Of a stretch of DNA of 64,000 nucleotides, positions 10,602 to 20,494 are shown piece by piece (the first letter of the stretch is position 1; the number at the start of each line of letters is the position of its first letter). The stretch spans positions 1,888 through 65,887 of the IMG/VR virus record IMGVR_UViG_3300013212_000097; one strand, 5' to 3'. A program made the position numbers and the translations under genes. Below the pieces are notes generated by a model. That model was not told where the DNA came from, did no database searches, and saw only the letters and a list, made by a program, of their open reading frames with translations. The DNA comes from a virus. Taxonomy: Duplodnaviria > Caudoviricetes.

Positions 10602-10928
10602 CTAAGCTGGAACAATAAAGTGTGGCTCAGTGTCAGAGATGGAAAATTCACCCTTAACACCAAGAGGCTCAATCAGATCCTTCATTCGCTCTTGAAGTGC
10701 AACAGTGTTCTCATTCAAGGAATCATTGATTAGATTCAAGCGCTCTTGTGCCTGTTGAAGCTGTGCTGCATACTGCTGCGCAACATTGACAAACTCAAGA
10801 ACATCAGCCTTCTGAGCCTTCAACTCAAGAATTGACTGACGCATAGCTACTAGCTCAAGATAATCCTCATGAGAAATTGTTGGGTTGTCTCCACCCTCAA
10901 CCTCTGATACTACGTTCTCTTCACTCAT
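10602..10928 (-). CDS. Coiled-coil hypothetical protein
   Basis: 108 aa, GAGG RBS. Confidence 0.7.
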   Translation of the reverse strand: MSEENVVSEVEGGDNPTISHEDYLELVAMRQSILELKAQKADVLEFVNVAQQYAAQLQQAQERLNLINDSLNENTVALQERMKDLIEPLGVKGEFSISDTEPHFIVPA

Positions 10929-11060
10929 TTTTTGGTTAACCTCTAACGATCATTTGATCTTTTTTATGATACCCACAAAATATCATATTGTCAATTATTG
11001 ACTATGTTGTTCATCCGTGGTATATTTCAAAAGTATTTATACAACAAATAAGGATATCAA

Positions 11061-11747
11061 ATGAAAGAAGTTACAATTGCACCATCTGATTTTGCATTTT
11101 TATATAGCGAATCACCTTGGGCTTTTCATCAGAAATATATCTCAGGTATTAGGAGACCACCACTAATCCTTCCTAAGATTTTTAATGTAATTGATGGTGC
11201 AATTAAAGAATCCTATGCTGATGAAGATTTCTCCAAAATATCTAAAAATCTTCCTCCTGCTACCCTTCGTACATCTTCAAAATGGGTAAAATCTAAACCT
11301 ATTATCAATCCAGATTACGATTTATCTGTTCAAATTATTGGCAAGATCGATGGTTACCTTGAATATTCTGATGGCAATGTATCTATTATTGATTTCAAAA
11401 CAAGTGAGATCAATGAAGAATTTGCACAAAAATATAACTTGCAACTTCATTCATATTGTTATTCTGTGATGAATCCTGATAATAGCAATTGTTTACATCT
11501 TGAAAATGTTACAGATCCAGGTTTGTTGATTTTTGAGCCTAAAAAGTTTATGATTGACCATGACTGTAAAGCTGGGCTTAAGGGCAACTTGAAATGGATG
11601 TCTTTTAAACTTGATATTGATTTTTTCACAAATTTTATCAAGAATGAAGTGATCCCATTATTATCTGGTCCAGAACCTAAACCGCCAGTAGAAGATCCTT
11701 ATTGGAAATATTTACAACAATTTGGATTTGAATACGAACAGGAATAA
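11061..11747 (+). CDS. PD-(D/E)xK (RecB/Cas4-like) nuclease
   Basis: GKIDG...IIDFKTS...QLHSY. Confidence 0.85.
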   Translation: MKEVTIAPSDFAFLYSESPWAFHQKYISGIRRPPLILPKIFNVIDGAIKESYADEDFSKISKNLPPATLRTSSKWVKSKPIINPDYDLSVQIIGKIDGYLEYSDGNVSIIDFKTSEINEEFAQKYNLQLHSYCYSVMNPDNSNCLHLENVTDPGLLIFEPKKFMIDHDCKAGLKGNLKWMSFKLDIDFFTNFIKNEVIPLLSGPEPKPPVEDPYWKYLQQFGFEYEQE

Positions 11748-11785
11748 ACAATCTAGTATAAGAAGAAGACATTGAATATCTCAAA

Positions 11786-12874
11786 ATGGAGTGTAGAATG
11801 TCTTCTTTTTTATTTGATCTGGTTAGCAAAGCAAAACAACTTGATATTGAAGGCAATTATGTCGAAGCTGACAGAGTGTATGAGAATCTTAAGAAAATTG
11901 CTAACACTGAAAACCATTTTGATTCTCGTGTTGTAATTAGTCAATCTAATATTAATCAAATGGAAAGATTTGAATGGTTGACACAGCCTGGTTCTGCTGA
12001 TTATATTGCGGGTACAGAATTGGTTAGTCGAGATAAATCGTTTAATCAAGATCCTACTAATGCAAAACATCAAGCATTAAATTATGTTAATGCTATCGTA
12101 AATTCATTAAGCAGAATTTTGGATATGAATATTGCATATAAATCAAATGGAAAGGATAAAAAACATGGTTTTAATTTGACTCCAGATGTAAAGAAAAAAC
12201 TTGAAGAAGCTCGAAAAGAATATAGAAAATGTAAAGAATTACTTGAAAAAGTACAAATTGGAGCTAATAGAGATAATTTTAATATACCTGATAGATTCGC
12301 TGAAGGTCAAATAAATATCAGTTCTATAGACCAAAATCAACATGTTTCTGCAATCTTTACAGTAGGAACAGCTATAAGAAATTTGCTTAGAGGTTTACTT
12401 GAAGGTGCTGTCCAAGATGCTTTGAAACAACTTACATTTTCAGAAGTAGCACTCAAACAAGCAATAGAGCCAAGTTTGAAATTGCCTCCAGATTATGAAG
12501 CTGCAAAAGAAAATGCTCAAAATGCTTTCGGACATAGTGATGCTGCAGGAAGTGTAAATCCTGCTGGTTATAAAGAGCCTAGTTCATGGAAAGAAAAAAG
12601 AATGCCTGATTCACCACCTGATATTTTTGGTGCAACAGTTGGTGGGAGCAAGGCAGCTATTAATTCAGGTTTTGATAAATTAAATAATACTGATGATTCT
12701 CAATTTTTAAACATTTATCAAGGTGAAATTGAAACGATTGAAAATGCATTTATTGCCAATGAAGGCAAATTGACAGGGCAAGAAAAAGCAAAATATCAAA
12801 GAGAAATGAAGAGTTTGGAAGATAGATATTACACTCTTCTGTACAAAGACAAAGAAAAACCATTCGTAGATTAG
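11786..12874 (+). CDS. Hypothetical protein with N-terminal helical tag
   Basis: LVSKAKQLDIEGNYVEADRVYENLKKIA resembles the KIANELD family; AGG-N18-AGAA at 11740. Confidence 0.65.
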   Translation: MECRMSSFLFDLVSKAKQLDIEGNYVEADRVYENLKKIANTENHFDSRVVISQSNINQMERFEWLTQPGSADYIAGTELVSRDKSFNQDPTNAKHQALNYVNAIVNSLSRILDMNIAYKSNGKDKKHGFNLTPDVKKKLEEARKEYRKCKELLEKVQIGANRDNFNIPDRFAEGQINISSIDQNQHVSAIFTVGTAIRNLLRGLLEGAVQDALKQLTFSEVALKQAIEPSLKLPPDYEAAKENAQNAFGHSDAAGSVNPAGYKEPSSWKEKRMPDSPPDIFGATVGGSKAAINSGFDKLNNTDDSQFLNIYQGEIETIENAFIANEGKLTGQEKAKYQREMKSLEDRYYTLLYKDKEKPFVD

Positions 12875-12933
12875 GAATATATTATGTCTGCTCAAGTTAA
12901 CAAATTACATGACAGATTTCTTAGTGATGATTA

Positions 12934-13509
12934 ATGCTTTTAGATGTAGAAATTAATAAATTATATAATTATGATTTTTATGGATGCAAAGATAAAAAAG
13001 AAAAGCTTCTTAAATCTTTAAAATCCTTAGATCTTGAACTTGAATCTTTTGGTGTTTTCAATTTGATTGACCAAAAGATTTCTTCTTTTAATATTCAAGA
13101 CAATAATATTCAAAATATTAATAAGCTTAATATTGATGATGTTCTTATAGAATCTAATATTTGGTTGCATTCCCAACTTGATTCATTGTTTTATTCTAAA
13201 TATTCCAGACAAAGTAGATATTTATTTAAAGATGGCAGTATAACACCAGAACTTCCAGCACATTATAAATTTGATCAATTAATTGCTGCTAATTTTGGCT
13301 ACAAGAGCGATAATTCTTTATTCGTACCCATTTGGTCTAACACTATAAGAATATCTAAAAATACTGCAGAATTGGTTTATTTTCCATCCCCTGAACAAAC
13401 AAAAACTCTTTTGTCTTTGAATATAAATAATTATATAGTCAAAAATATACATGTTCAGGATATCTTTGATGTATTAGTTGATAAATTGCCAACTTTCCAT
13501 TCATCTTGA
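12934..13509 (+). CDS. Hypothetical protein
   Basis: 191 aa ORF. Confidence 0.6.
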   Translation: MLLDVEINKLYNYDFYGCKDKKEKLLKSLKSLDLELESFGVFNLIDQKISSFNIQDNNIQNINKLNIDDVLIESNIWLHSQLDSLFYSKYSRQSRYLFKDGSITPELPAHYKFDQLIAANFGYKSDNSLFVPIWSNTIRISKNTAELVYFPSPEQTKTLLSLNINNYIVKNIHVQDIFDVLVDKLPTFHSS

Positions 13510-13528
13510 TTGTTTGTATAATGTTTGC

Positions 13529-14314
13529 ATGGATATAAATTTTGGAGATGTTTTTGAACAAGAAAAGAAGTGGAAAAACGCTCAACCTTACCATCATGTC
13601 GTAATAGACAATTTTCTTCCTATAGACATTGCTAACAAAGTCGCTCAGGAATTCCCTGATGTAAATAGTGATTTTTGGTACGAGTATGCAAATCCATTAG
13701 AGATCAAGAAGACATGCTCTGATTGGAATAAGTTTCCGCCATCAATCTATCAAGTATTTACAGCATTGATGAACAGACAAGTGGTTGAAGTTTTGTCTTT
13801 TTTCACTGGAAAAAACTTGATGGCAGATTCTGGTTTGCATGGTGGTGGACTTCATTGCCATAAGGATGGAGGAAAGCTAAATACTCATCTAGATTATTCT
13901 ATTCATCCAAAGATCAACATGCAGCGCAAAGTAAACATCATTGTCTATGTAACTAAAGATTGGGATCCAGCATGGGATGGAGCATTAGGATTGTGGGATA
14001 ACGACAATTCTGATGGTGTTGACAAACCTGGTAATCTTGTTCAGAAAATAGAGTGCAAGTTTAACAGAGCTGTGATCTTTGATACAACAATGCATTCCTG
14101 GCATGGTTTACCAGATCCAGTTCTTTGTCCAGAGGGTAAATCAAGAAATTCTTTAGCAACATATTACTTGTGTGATCCACCACAAGATGTTGACCCAAGA
14201 GGTAAGGCTCTTTATGCTCCTAGTGAGAATCAAAAAGGCGATTCTCATATTGAAGAGTTGATCCGTAAGCGAGCTAATCTACAAACATTCTCAGAGGTTT
14301 ATAAAACAAAATAA
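13529..14314 (+). CDS. 2OG-Fe(II) oxygenase
   Basis: GGGLH, HLD, FNRAVIF, SWHG, R.SLA.YY; TATAAT just upstream of ATG 13529. Confidence 0.9.
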   Translation: MDINFGDVFEQEKKWKNAQPYHHVVIDNFLPIDIANKVAQEFPDVNSDFWYEYANPLEIKKTCSDWNKFPPSIYQVFTALMNRQVVEVLSFFTGKNLMADSGLHGGGLHCHKDGGKLNTHLDYSIHPKINMQRKVNIIVYVTKDWDPAWDGALGLWDNDNSDGVDKPGNLVQKIECKFNRAVIFDTTMHSWHGLPDPVLCPEGKSRNSLATYYLCDPPQDVDPRGKALYAPSENQKGDSHIEELIRKRANLQTFSEVYKTK

Positions 14315-15027
14315 TGGTAACTTTAGATATTATTATGACTGGTTTCACAGGAAGTGATGAAATCAGAGAAATGACAGAAAGATCTATTAGATCTTTGCGT
14401 GAATCTGAAGGTTCAGAAAATTTTAATATTATTTTTCTTGAATCAAATCAAGAATCAACTCATAAGTATGATGTTGATCATCAGATCCACCCAGATTTTT
14501 CATATCATTGTAACAAGTATTACAATATTGGAGTTCAGTATGCAACTTCTGATTTCACAGGTATTGTAAACAATGACACTTATTTTTACAAAAACTGGTG
14601 GACAAAAATGCATGCTGCTATGGAAAAACATTCTTTAGATTCAGCATCTCCAAGAAGTCCAGTCGAGCAATTTGGTCTTATTGCACAATGTGAAATGAAG
14701 CATAGATTTACACCTCCAACTAGAGTAGTTGAGGGTTTTCTTGCTGCGTACACATTCTGCGGTTGGTGTTGGGTAATTAGAAAAGAAGTAAGAGAATGGC
14801 TTTTTCCAGTTGATGAGCAATTTTCATTCTATTACAACGATAATGATGTAGCCATGCATCTTAAGGATCGTGGATGTAAGCATGCATTGGTTGCTGGTTC
14901 ATTAGTGGAACATTATGGTCAAAAATCACACAAGGCATTACATGACCGTGGTGAATATTACAAGCATACTTTTGGGCTAGAAAAGAACTTTGTTGGTAAA
15001 TGGAAACACATATTTGACAAGCTATAA
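14314..15027 (+). CDS. GT-A/GT2-like glycosyltransferase
   Basis: NKYYNIG, NND, DE.F..YYNDND, H..Q.SH. Confidence 0.8.
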   Translation: MVTLDIIMTGFTGSDEIREMTERSIRSLRESEGSENFNIIFLESNQESTHKYDVDHQIHPDFSYHCNKYYNIGVQYATSDFTGIVNNDTYFYKNWWTKMHAAMEKHSLDSASPRSPVEQFGLIAQCEMKHRFTPPTRVVEGFLAAYTFCGWCWVIRKEVREWLFPVDEQFSFYYNDNDVAMHLKDRGCKHALVAGSLVEHYGQKSHKALHDRGEYYKHTFGLEKNFVGKWKHIFDKL

Positions 15028-15053
15028 AAAAACCCCCTTTTCAGGGGGTTTTT
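15028..15053. terminator. Bidirectional intrinsic terminator
   Basis: AAAAACCCCT-loop-AGGGGGTTTTT between convergent genes. Confidence 0.8.
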
Positions 15054-15055
15054 CT

Positions 15056-15961
15056 TTACCAGGTTGGTTTACTCAAATCAGATAAGAAATATTCAGCTAC
15101 ACCCTTTGTAGTATTGTATTTCATAAAGTGAGCTACAATTTCACTCTGGAAATATTCATATTCTCTATCTAAATATTTAGGCTCATTGCGGAAGAAGAAT
15201 TCAATCTTTGTCATTAGAGCCTTAGGTGCTCTTGTCATAACAAATCTTGGGCTATTAGCAACATTTAAGAAAATAGGAACACATCCATTACCAATAATTT
15301 CCCAATGACGAAGACAATCCCAACCTGCCTTTGACATTGTATATGCATACTTGGAAACTTGATAATCTTGGTAATAAGGTCCCTCATCCTTGAAAACATA
15401 TGTCTTCCTATCTCGTGGATCAACATGTGCCATTCTCTTTTCTTTCTTTGTGTCAGTGACAACATTGAAAGTTGGAAAACCAAAACCAATTTGATTTACT
15501 TTGCCAAAGAACTCCTGATATTCGCCATTATTTTCCCAGATACATTCACGCTTAAAATAACGAGCGCCTTCTCTTATCAATGGATGGAATTTAGTGTTGT
15601 CTTCGCCATCTACAAAAACAACTTTTTCCTTATCATAATTCTCTAAAACTGTGTCTAAATAATCCTGACATCGCCATACGCTTCCGTATACAACATAGTC
15701 GAAGTACTTGTTTTTGATTTTCTTTAAGATATCTTCACGATCTGTGTCATCAGGATCTAAAGTTCGAGTTACAGTAAATCCTTTACCATATTGATTTCGA
15801 GCTTCTTGATAAGGAAAATCCTTGTAAATATGGATTCTTGGGTTTACATCAACTACATCTGCGCCAAAAAGTTCTTTCAATCCGATAAACAAACAGTCAT
15901 CCTGGTAATCAACCATGTCAATGGGCTTACCAGCTTTTTTTGATATATACAGAATTTTCAT
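15056..15961 (-). CDS. Putative GT-B glycosyltransferase
   Basis: DGED, YFKRE, GWDCLRHWEI..GCVP. Confidence 0.65.
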   Translation of the reverse strand: MKILYISKKAGKPIDMVDYQDDCLFIGLKELFGADVVDVNPRIHIYKDFPYQEARNQYGKGFTVTRTLDPDDTDREDILKKIKNKYFDYVVYGSVWRCQDYLDTVLENYDKEKVVFVDGEDNTKFHPLIREGARYFKRECIWENNGEYQEFFGKVNQIGFGFPTFNVVTDTKKEKRMAHVDPRDRKTYVFKDEGPYYQDYQVSKYAYTMSKAGWDCLRHWEIIGNGCVPIFLNVANSPRFVMTRAPKALMTKIEFFFRNEPKYLDREYEYFQSEIVAHFMKYNTTKGVAEYFLSDLSKPTW

Positions 15962-16006
15962 AAATTACCTCACATCTATTATACATTTTTTTTGTACAAT
16001 TAGAGT

Positions 16007-16696
16007 ATGAAAAATGTCGATTTAGATGTTGTTATCACCACAAATTCAAAAAATAGTGACCTTTGGACCATGACTCACAATGCTATAAAGTCTTTGAGAA
16101 ATTGCATTGGTGGAGAAAATTTTAATATAATAGTTGTTGAAACAAACACAAATGCTGAAGAATTTCCAGAATCTGACATTACAATTAAACCAAATGAACC
16201 ATTTCAAATTAATAAATTTTACAATTTGGGTGCTGATCATTGTCAAGGTGATTATTTGCTAGTGACAAATAATGATGTTTTGTATGATGAGAATTGGTGG
16301 GTTCAAATGAAAAAATCATTTATTGACAATAATCTTGATACCGCATGTCCGCAAGTTACAAATGAACAACCAGACATTTACAATAAATGGTTTAAACAAA
16401 AAAATACATTTAAAAATCTCGAAGGATATGAATGGTTCTTTGGACAGGCATGGCTAATTACCAAAGATGTCAAAGATTGGTTATTTCCGTTAGATGAAAA
16501 TATTCATTTTTATTTTAATGATGATGATATGGTAATGAGACTTAAAGAAAAAAATTGCAAACATCACCTTGTTTACAAGTCAAAAATGCAACATTTCCAA
16601 GCTAAGTCACACCACATTCTTAAAGAAGAAGGAAGATACCAACAAGTTACCTGGGGAACAAAACAATATTTTGATTCAAAGTGGAACAAGTCCTAA
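16007..16696 (+). CDS. GT2-like glycosyltransferase, paralog of 14314..15027
   Basis: NKFYNLG, NNDV, WLFPLDE, FNDDD. Confidence 0.8.
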   Translation: MKNVDLDVVITTNSKNSDLWTMTHNAIKSLRNCIGGENFNIIVVETNTNAEEFPESDITIKPNEPFQINKFYNLGADHCQGDYLLVTNNDVLYDENWWVQMKKSFIDNNLDTACPQVTNEQPDIYNKWFKQKNTFKNLEGYEWFFGQAWLITKDVKDWLFPLDENIHFYFNDDDMVMRLKEKNCKHHLVYKSKMQHFQAKSHHILKEEGRYQQVTWGTKQYFDSKWNKS

Positions 16697-17259
16697 TAAT
16701 CTAAAATTGAATAACAAATATCAACTTCATAGTCTTGGCAATGATCCACAAGTTTGTCCAATACATGAAGTTGATTGAGTACATTTTTGTTCACAAAGTT
16801 TATATCATCTGCAAAAGTCAACTTTTCTTTTGCACTATTTATTTTGTTTCTCAATGATGCTGGAAAAATGACACCTTCTTTTTTAAGATCTAAAATAAAA
16901 AGTATTGGATGAATAAAATCTTCGCAAACTTCTACTTTCAAATCAGAACTATTAATGTCACATGAAAATAATTGAAATTCATACGTTGTATAGTCCAAAT
17001 CAAAAATAACATAACCTTTGCAATGGTCATGGTCAAAGTTCTTTTCAAATTTAAAGCCATTTTCTTCAAGTAATCTTTCCCATTCTTTTATTGTTCTTCG
17101 ATTATTTACTTCAATATTATCTGACAATAAAATACTAGAAATAGAATTGAATTTTGCTGGTTTTATTAATTGTGCTTTCCATAATATTGTTCCAGAAGAA
17201 ATATTGGAAGACTTAAGATCCAATATTGCTGGCTTAAATAATAAATATTTGTAGTTCAT
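16693..17259 (-). CDS. Hypothetical protein
   Basis: 188 aa ORF. Confidence 0.6.
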   Translation of the reverse strand: MNYKYLLFKPAILDLKSSNISSGTILWKAQLIKPAKFNSISSILLSDNIEVNNRRTIKEWERLLEENGFKFEKNFDHDHCKGYVIFDLDYTTYEFQLFSCDINSSDLKVEVCEDFIHPILFILDLKKEGVIFPASLRNKINSAKEKLTFADDINFVNKNVLNQLHVLDKLVDHCQDYEVDICYSILDY

Positions 17260-17280
17260 TTATTTTATTATAAAAGAGTA

Positions 17281-17739
17281 TTAATCTATTTTGTAAGTTT
17301 CATCAAACTCTTGTCTTGCAATTCTATATACTTCAGCAAAATTGGGACATGGGGATACAATCATATCTCCAGTTTTCAAGACCATATTTCTGCCCCAGGA
17401 GGCTACAAATTCCATATCACTACCTTGATATACAGTTGCCTTTACTTTGCCCTTAGGTTTCAAAATATGTCCGTTTTCAGTTTGATATAAAAAATCATAT
17501 CTTTGAATACACATTTCTTCTGTTACAATATATTCTTCTTGAGATTGTGTATTGAGATTTTTAAGCACAAAATCACCTTCTTTGGCATAGTTTGTTGTTT
17601 CTAAACCATCTGAGGTCCAAGTTTCTATAAACTCACCAGATGTGGCTTTTCTAGCATAAACTAAAGATGTCTTAGAATATATCTTCCCTTGTGATTCAAT
17701 ACAGGGAAAGAACATTTCATAGGCTTCTTTTTGGTTCAT
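17281..17739 (-). CDS. PGDYG-like protein with internal duplication
   Basis: Two repeats of K...V.A...GD.(V/I)...E.Y.(V/I).......Y. Confidence 0.6.
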   Translation of the reverse strand: MNQKEAYEMFFPCIESQGKIYSKTSLVYARKATSGEFIETWTSDGLETTNYAKEGDFVLKNLNTQSQEEYIVTEEMCIQRYDFLYQTENGHILKPKGKVKATVYQGSDMEFVASWGRNMVLKTGDMIVSPCPNFAEVYRIARQEFDETYKID

Positions 17740-17787
17740 ACAGTATATATTCTAATAAGAAGATTCTATTTCTTATGAGGTTACATT

Positions 17788-18150
17788 GTGAATTCTAAAT
17801 TATTATTAAAAATAATCAAAACAGCAAATGCATTAGACATTTTCGAAGAGTATCATGCAGCCAATTGTTTAACAAAAATAGCTACTAAAATTACTCAAAT
17901 GGACTTCGATACTGAAAACTCATTTACAGAATGTGATAGCTTGATGTACGATCCATTAATGATGAGATACAAAATGATGTTGGAAGAAGATTCAACTAAT
18001 ATTGATCAAGAAATAGAACAAAAATTAATTGAAAAATTGAACAAATGTTTATTTGGAACAAGATTAGATGGCAATGGAGAATATGTTCTCAAAGATTTGC
18101 TCAATGATAAATATGGCACAAAATATTCAATGATTTTAGAAAATCTATAA
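17788..18150 (+). CDS. Hypothetical protein with N-terminal helical tag
   Basis: KIIKTANALDIFEEYHAANCLTKIA. Confidence 0.65.
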   Translation: MNSKLLLKIIKTANALDIFEEYHAANCLTKIATKITQMDFDTENSFTECDSLMYDPLMMRYKMMLEEDSTNIDQEIEQKLIEKLNKCLFGTRLDGNGEYVLKDLLNDKYGTKYSMILENL

Positions 18151-18186
18151 CAATAAAAACCCTCGCATTGCGGGGGTTTTTATTGT
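18151..18186. terminator. Intrinsic terminator
   Basis: CAATAAAAACCCTCGC-loop-GCGGGGGTTTTTATTG. Confidence 0.8.
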
Positions 18187-18379
18187 TTTAAACAGAATAT
18201 TTCAATTAGGGGAAATTAATGAAAAGTAAAATTTCTGCATTGGATATTATTATTTGTTTAGTGGTTTTAGTAACGATGGTTTTGATATTTGTACCTTTTT
18301 ATTTATATTCAAGAACAATGAATCATAAACCAAATTATGATTTGAAGAATTTGAAACTTTATAAATAAAAAGACCCTGA

Positions 18380-18952
18380 TTACTCAGGGTCTTTTGTGAA
18401 ATCAAATTTTTGTTGACCAGTATTTATGTCATCTAAAGACTTAGTGCTATCAAATCCGTAAAGAAAAATATTTCTCAGTGAATTTAATTCTTTTTTTGAC
18501 AAATCAAGCTTTAAAAATTTGACCAAAGTATCAAATCGTTCTTCAAGTTCATCAGGAGTAGATATAGCGTTATGAAGAGCAAACATACCACTATCCATAC
18601 CTAAAGAATATGCTTCAGGACCAAAGCCAAATTTATCGTAAAGTAAGCCTCTATATGAGCTGTTATATTTAAAATAGTTTTCAAATATAGTGTTTGTGAT
18701 ATGAAAGAATAACAATAATTTATTGTCTATTTCTAAGGAATCAAAATACTCTTTAGCCTTTTGCTTATATTGTTCCAAAGCTTCTTCTTCAATTTCCAAA
18801 AATTCTTTATATTCATCTGAATTTAAATAATCACTGAACGACTTATATGTTTTGCCATTCTTTTCAACTGGATTAGGATTCTTCACCATTGGATTACCTG
18901 TGCTTTCACGAATAGAATCTTCTTTACGTTGTTTGACTTCTTCCCATGTCAT
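18380..18952 (-). CDS. Hypothetical phage protein
   Basis: 190 aa; SYRGLLYD.FGFGPEAY..GM block. Confidence 0.7.
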   Translation of the reverse strand: MTWEEVKQRKEDSIRESTGNPMVKNPNPVEKNGKTYKSFSDYLNSDEYKEFLEIEEEALEQYKQKAKEYFDSLEIDNKLLLFFHITNTIFENYFKYNSSYRGLLYDKFGFGPEAYSLGMDSGMFALHNAISTPDELEERFDTLVKFLKLDLSKKELNSLRNIFLYGFDSTKSLDDINTGQQKFDFTKDPE

Positions 18953-18956
18953 AGAA

Positions 18957-19574
18957 TTACACTTTTGCCACTAATGATTCAATGTTATTCAAATCTGTAT
19001 ATGGAATATCCCAATTCCAAAATTCCATTCCAGGTCTTCTTGCTTTCTTGAAATAGGACTCGTTTATTAATGATTTTTCAAAAAACCCCATTACAGCAAT
19101 TTTAGCAAATTTATTTTCTCTATCATCATTGAGAACATATGCTGCAATATAAATATCATTTCTAAGCTCAAGGCGATTTGTTGGATTTGCCCCTTTTGTT
19201 GCTTTAATTAAAAGTGCTCCATGATCTGTAATGGCAGTTTTTACATCTGTTGGGAAGCCATTTATGATAAAATCTGTTGCATCTCCACCTACTTTATATG
19301 TAATATTTACAGAAAGATCTAGTATTTTAGCCACAGCCATCTCTCCAAGAAGTCCACTTCTTTCTGCAAGATAAGGATCCTTTTCATTATTGACCATACC
19401 TCTACCCCAAGGTCCTTGTCTATTGTTTGCCCACATTAGTTTGGCAAAATCTTCACATTCTTTGTATTCAGTGGGATTAATATCAACTACAGCTGCTTGA
19501 ACATTTGTTTTCAAACGTTTGCATTCAATTGATTCAAATCTTAGGTTACACACTTCGGGTTTATAAAGGTTCAT
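18957..19574 (-). CDS. Restriction-endonuclease-like PD-(D/E)xK protein
   Basis: G.LGEMAV, GGDATDF, DVKT; TATAAT just upstream of ATG 19574. Confidence 0.6.
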   Translation of the reverse strand: MNLYKPEVCNLRFESIECKRLKTNVQAAVVDINPTEYKECEDFAKLMWANNRQGPWGRGMVNNEKDPYLAERSGLLGEMAVAKILDLSVNITYKVGGDATDFIINGFPTDVKTAITDHGALLIKATKGANPTNRLELRNDIYIAAYVLNDDRENKFAKIAVMGFFEKSLINESYFKKARRPGMEFWNWDIPYTDLNNIESLVAKV

Positions 19575-19581
19575 GATTATA

Positions 19582-19812
19582 TTATACCAACGAAGTAAGT
19601 ATATCGGCAATATGAACACATTCAGCTTCTTCTTTTCGCAAGGCTATAGCTGAATTTCGACAGTTTATAACCATCATCCCTGTGATATTTTTACTGGTGA
19701 TTTTAATCATACATCCAGGGTTAAATCCCAACTCAGCTAACCTGTTCCTATATTGCCCTGAGATATTAATAATCTCATACTCAATACCAGGGATTCCATC
19801 AGAAAGTATCAT
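19582..19812 (-). CDS. feoA: FeoA-domain protein
   Basis: RLAELGFNPG...IALRKEEA. Confidence 0.85.
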   Translation of the reverse strand: MILSDGIPGIEYEIINISGQYRNRLAELGFNPGCMIKITSKNITGMMVINCRNSAIALRKEEAECVHIADILTSLV

Positions 19813-19813
19813 A

Positions 19814-20263
19814 TTACCACCAAAGTCCAAACCATAAACTAGTTAAATATTCGAGACCTTTTTTAGCATTTATCAATCTTTCTTTTTCAAGTTCTAAAGA
19901 TGAGACATCATTGTCATTTAAATAATACTCTTCAAATGATTTGATAATAAAGTTTAGTTTTTCGTTGAAAGATTCTTCAGTTTCTCCAGAAGGAACTCCA
20001 TTGTTTACCTGAATGAATCTTTTCAATCTAGGAAGTAAAAATAAAGCTATTGTTTTATCAAGATGACATGTTTCTGTATCATCGAAGCCTTGCTCATCTC
20101 TTTGTTTTTTGTAATGCTCTAGCTTTTTGGGATCATCCTTGTAACATTCTTCAGCAAGGCTAAAACAAACATTTTTATTTGCTTCTGTATTTGTAGATAA
20201 TTGCAAGCAATCTTTTGATTTCTTCTGGGTCGATTTTGATTTGTTTTGGCTCATCTTTATCAC
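19814..20263 (-). CDS. Hypothetical phage protein
   Basis: GFDDTET..LD.TIA.F.LPRLK block. Confidence 0.7.
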   Translation of the reverse strand: MIKMSQNKSKSTQKKSKDCLQLSTNTEANKNVCFSLAEECYKDDPKKLEHYKKQRDEQGFDDTETCHLDKTIALFLLPRLKRFIQVNNGVPSGETEESFNEKLNFIIKSFEEYYLNDNDVSSLELEKERLINAKKGLEYLTSLWFGLWW

Positions 20264-20451
20264 TCATTCTCTATCTTTTCAGCTTTTTTGCAATATGCCA
20301 TACCGTTTCTCAATGCCCATACAGCAAATGCTCCAAGTAAAAAATCTCCAGGTAAAGTGTTGTAAGTACGCCATGTGTGTAAGGTTATTAAGACACAAAT
20401 AGTGTTCCAAACAAAACCAGCAGCTTTATTATTGTCAATTTTGTTTTCCAT
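20260..20451 (-). CDS. Small membrane protein
   Basis: Two hydrophobic segments. Confidence 0.6.
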   Translation of the reverse strand: MENKIDNNKAAGFVWNTICVLITLHTWRTYNTLPGDFLLGAFAVWALRNGMAYCKKAEKIENE

Positions 20452-20494
20452 AGTTGTTATTGTATCACAAAAAAAGGGGCTTTGCAGCCCCTTT

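Noticed and set aside
11061-11747. Cas4 adaptation gene
   Set aside because: No four-Cys Fe-S cluster pattern and no cas1/cas2 or array.
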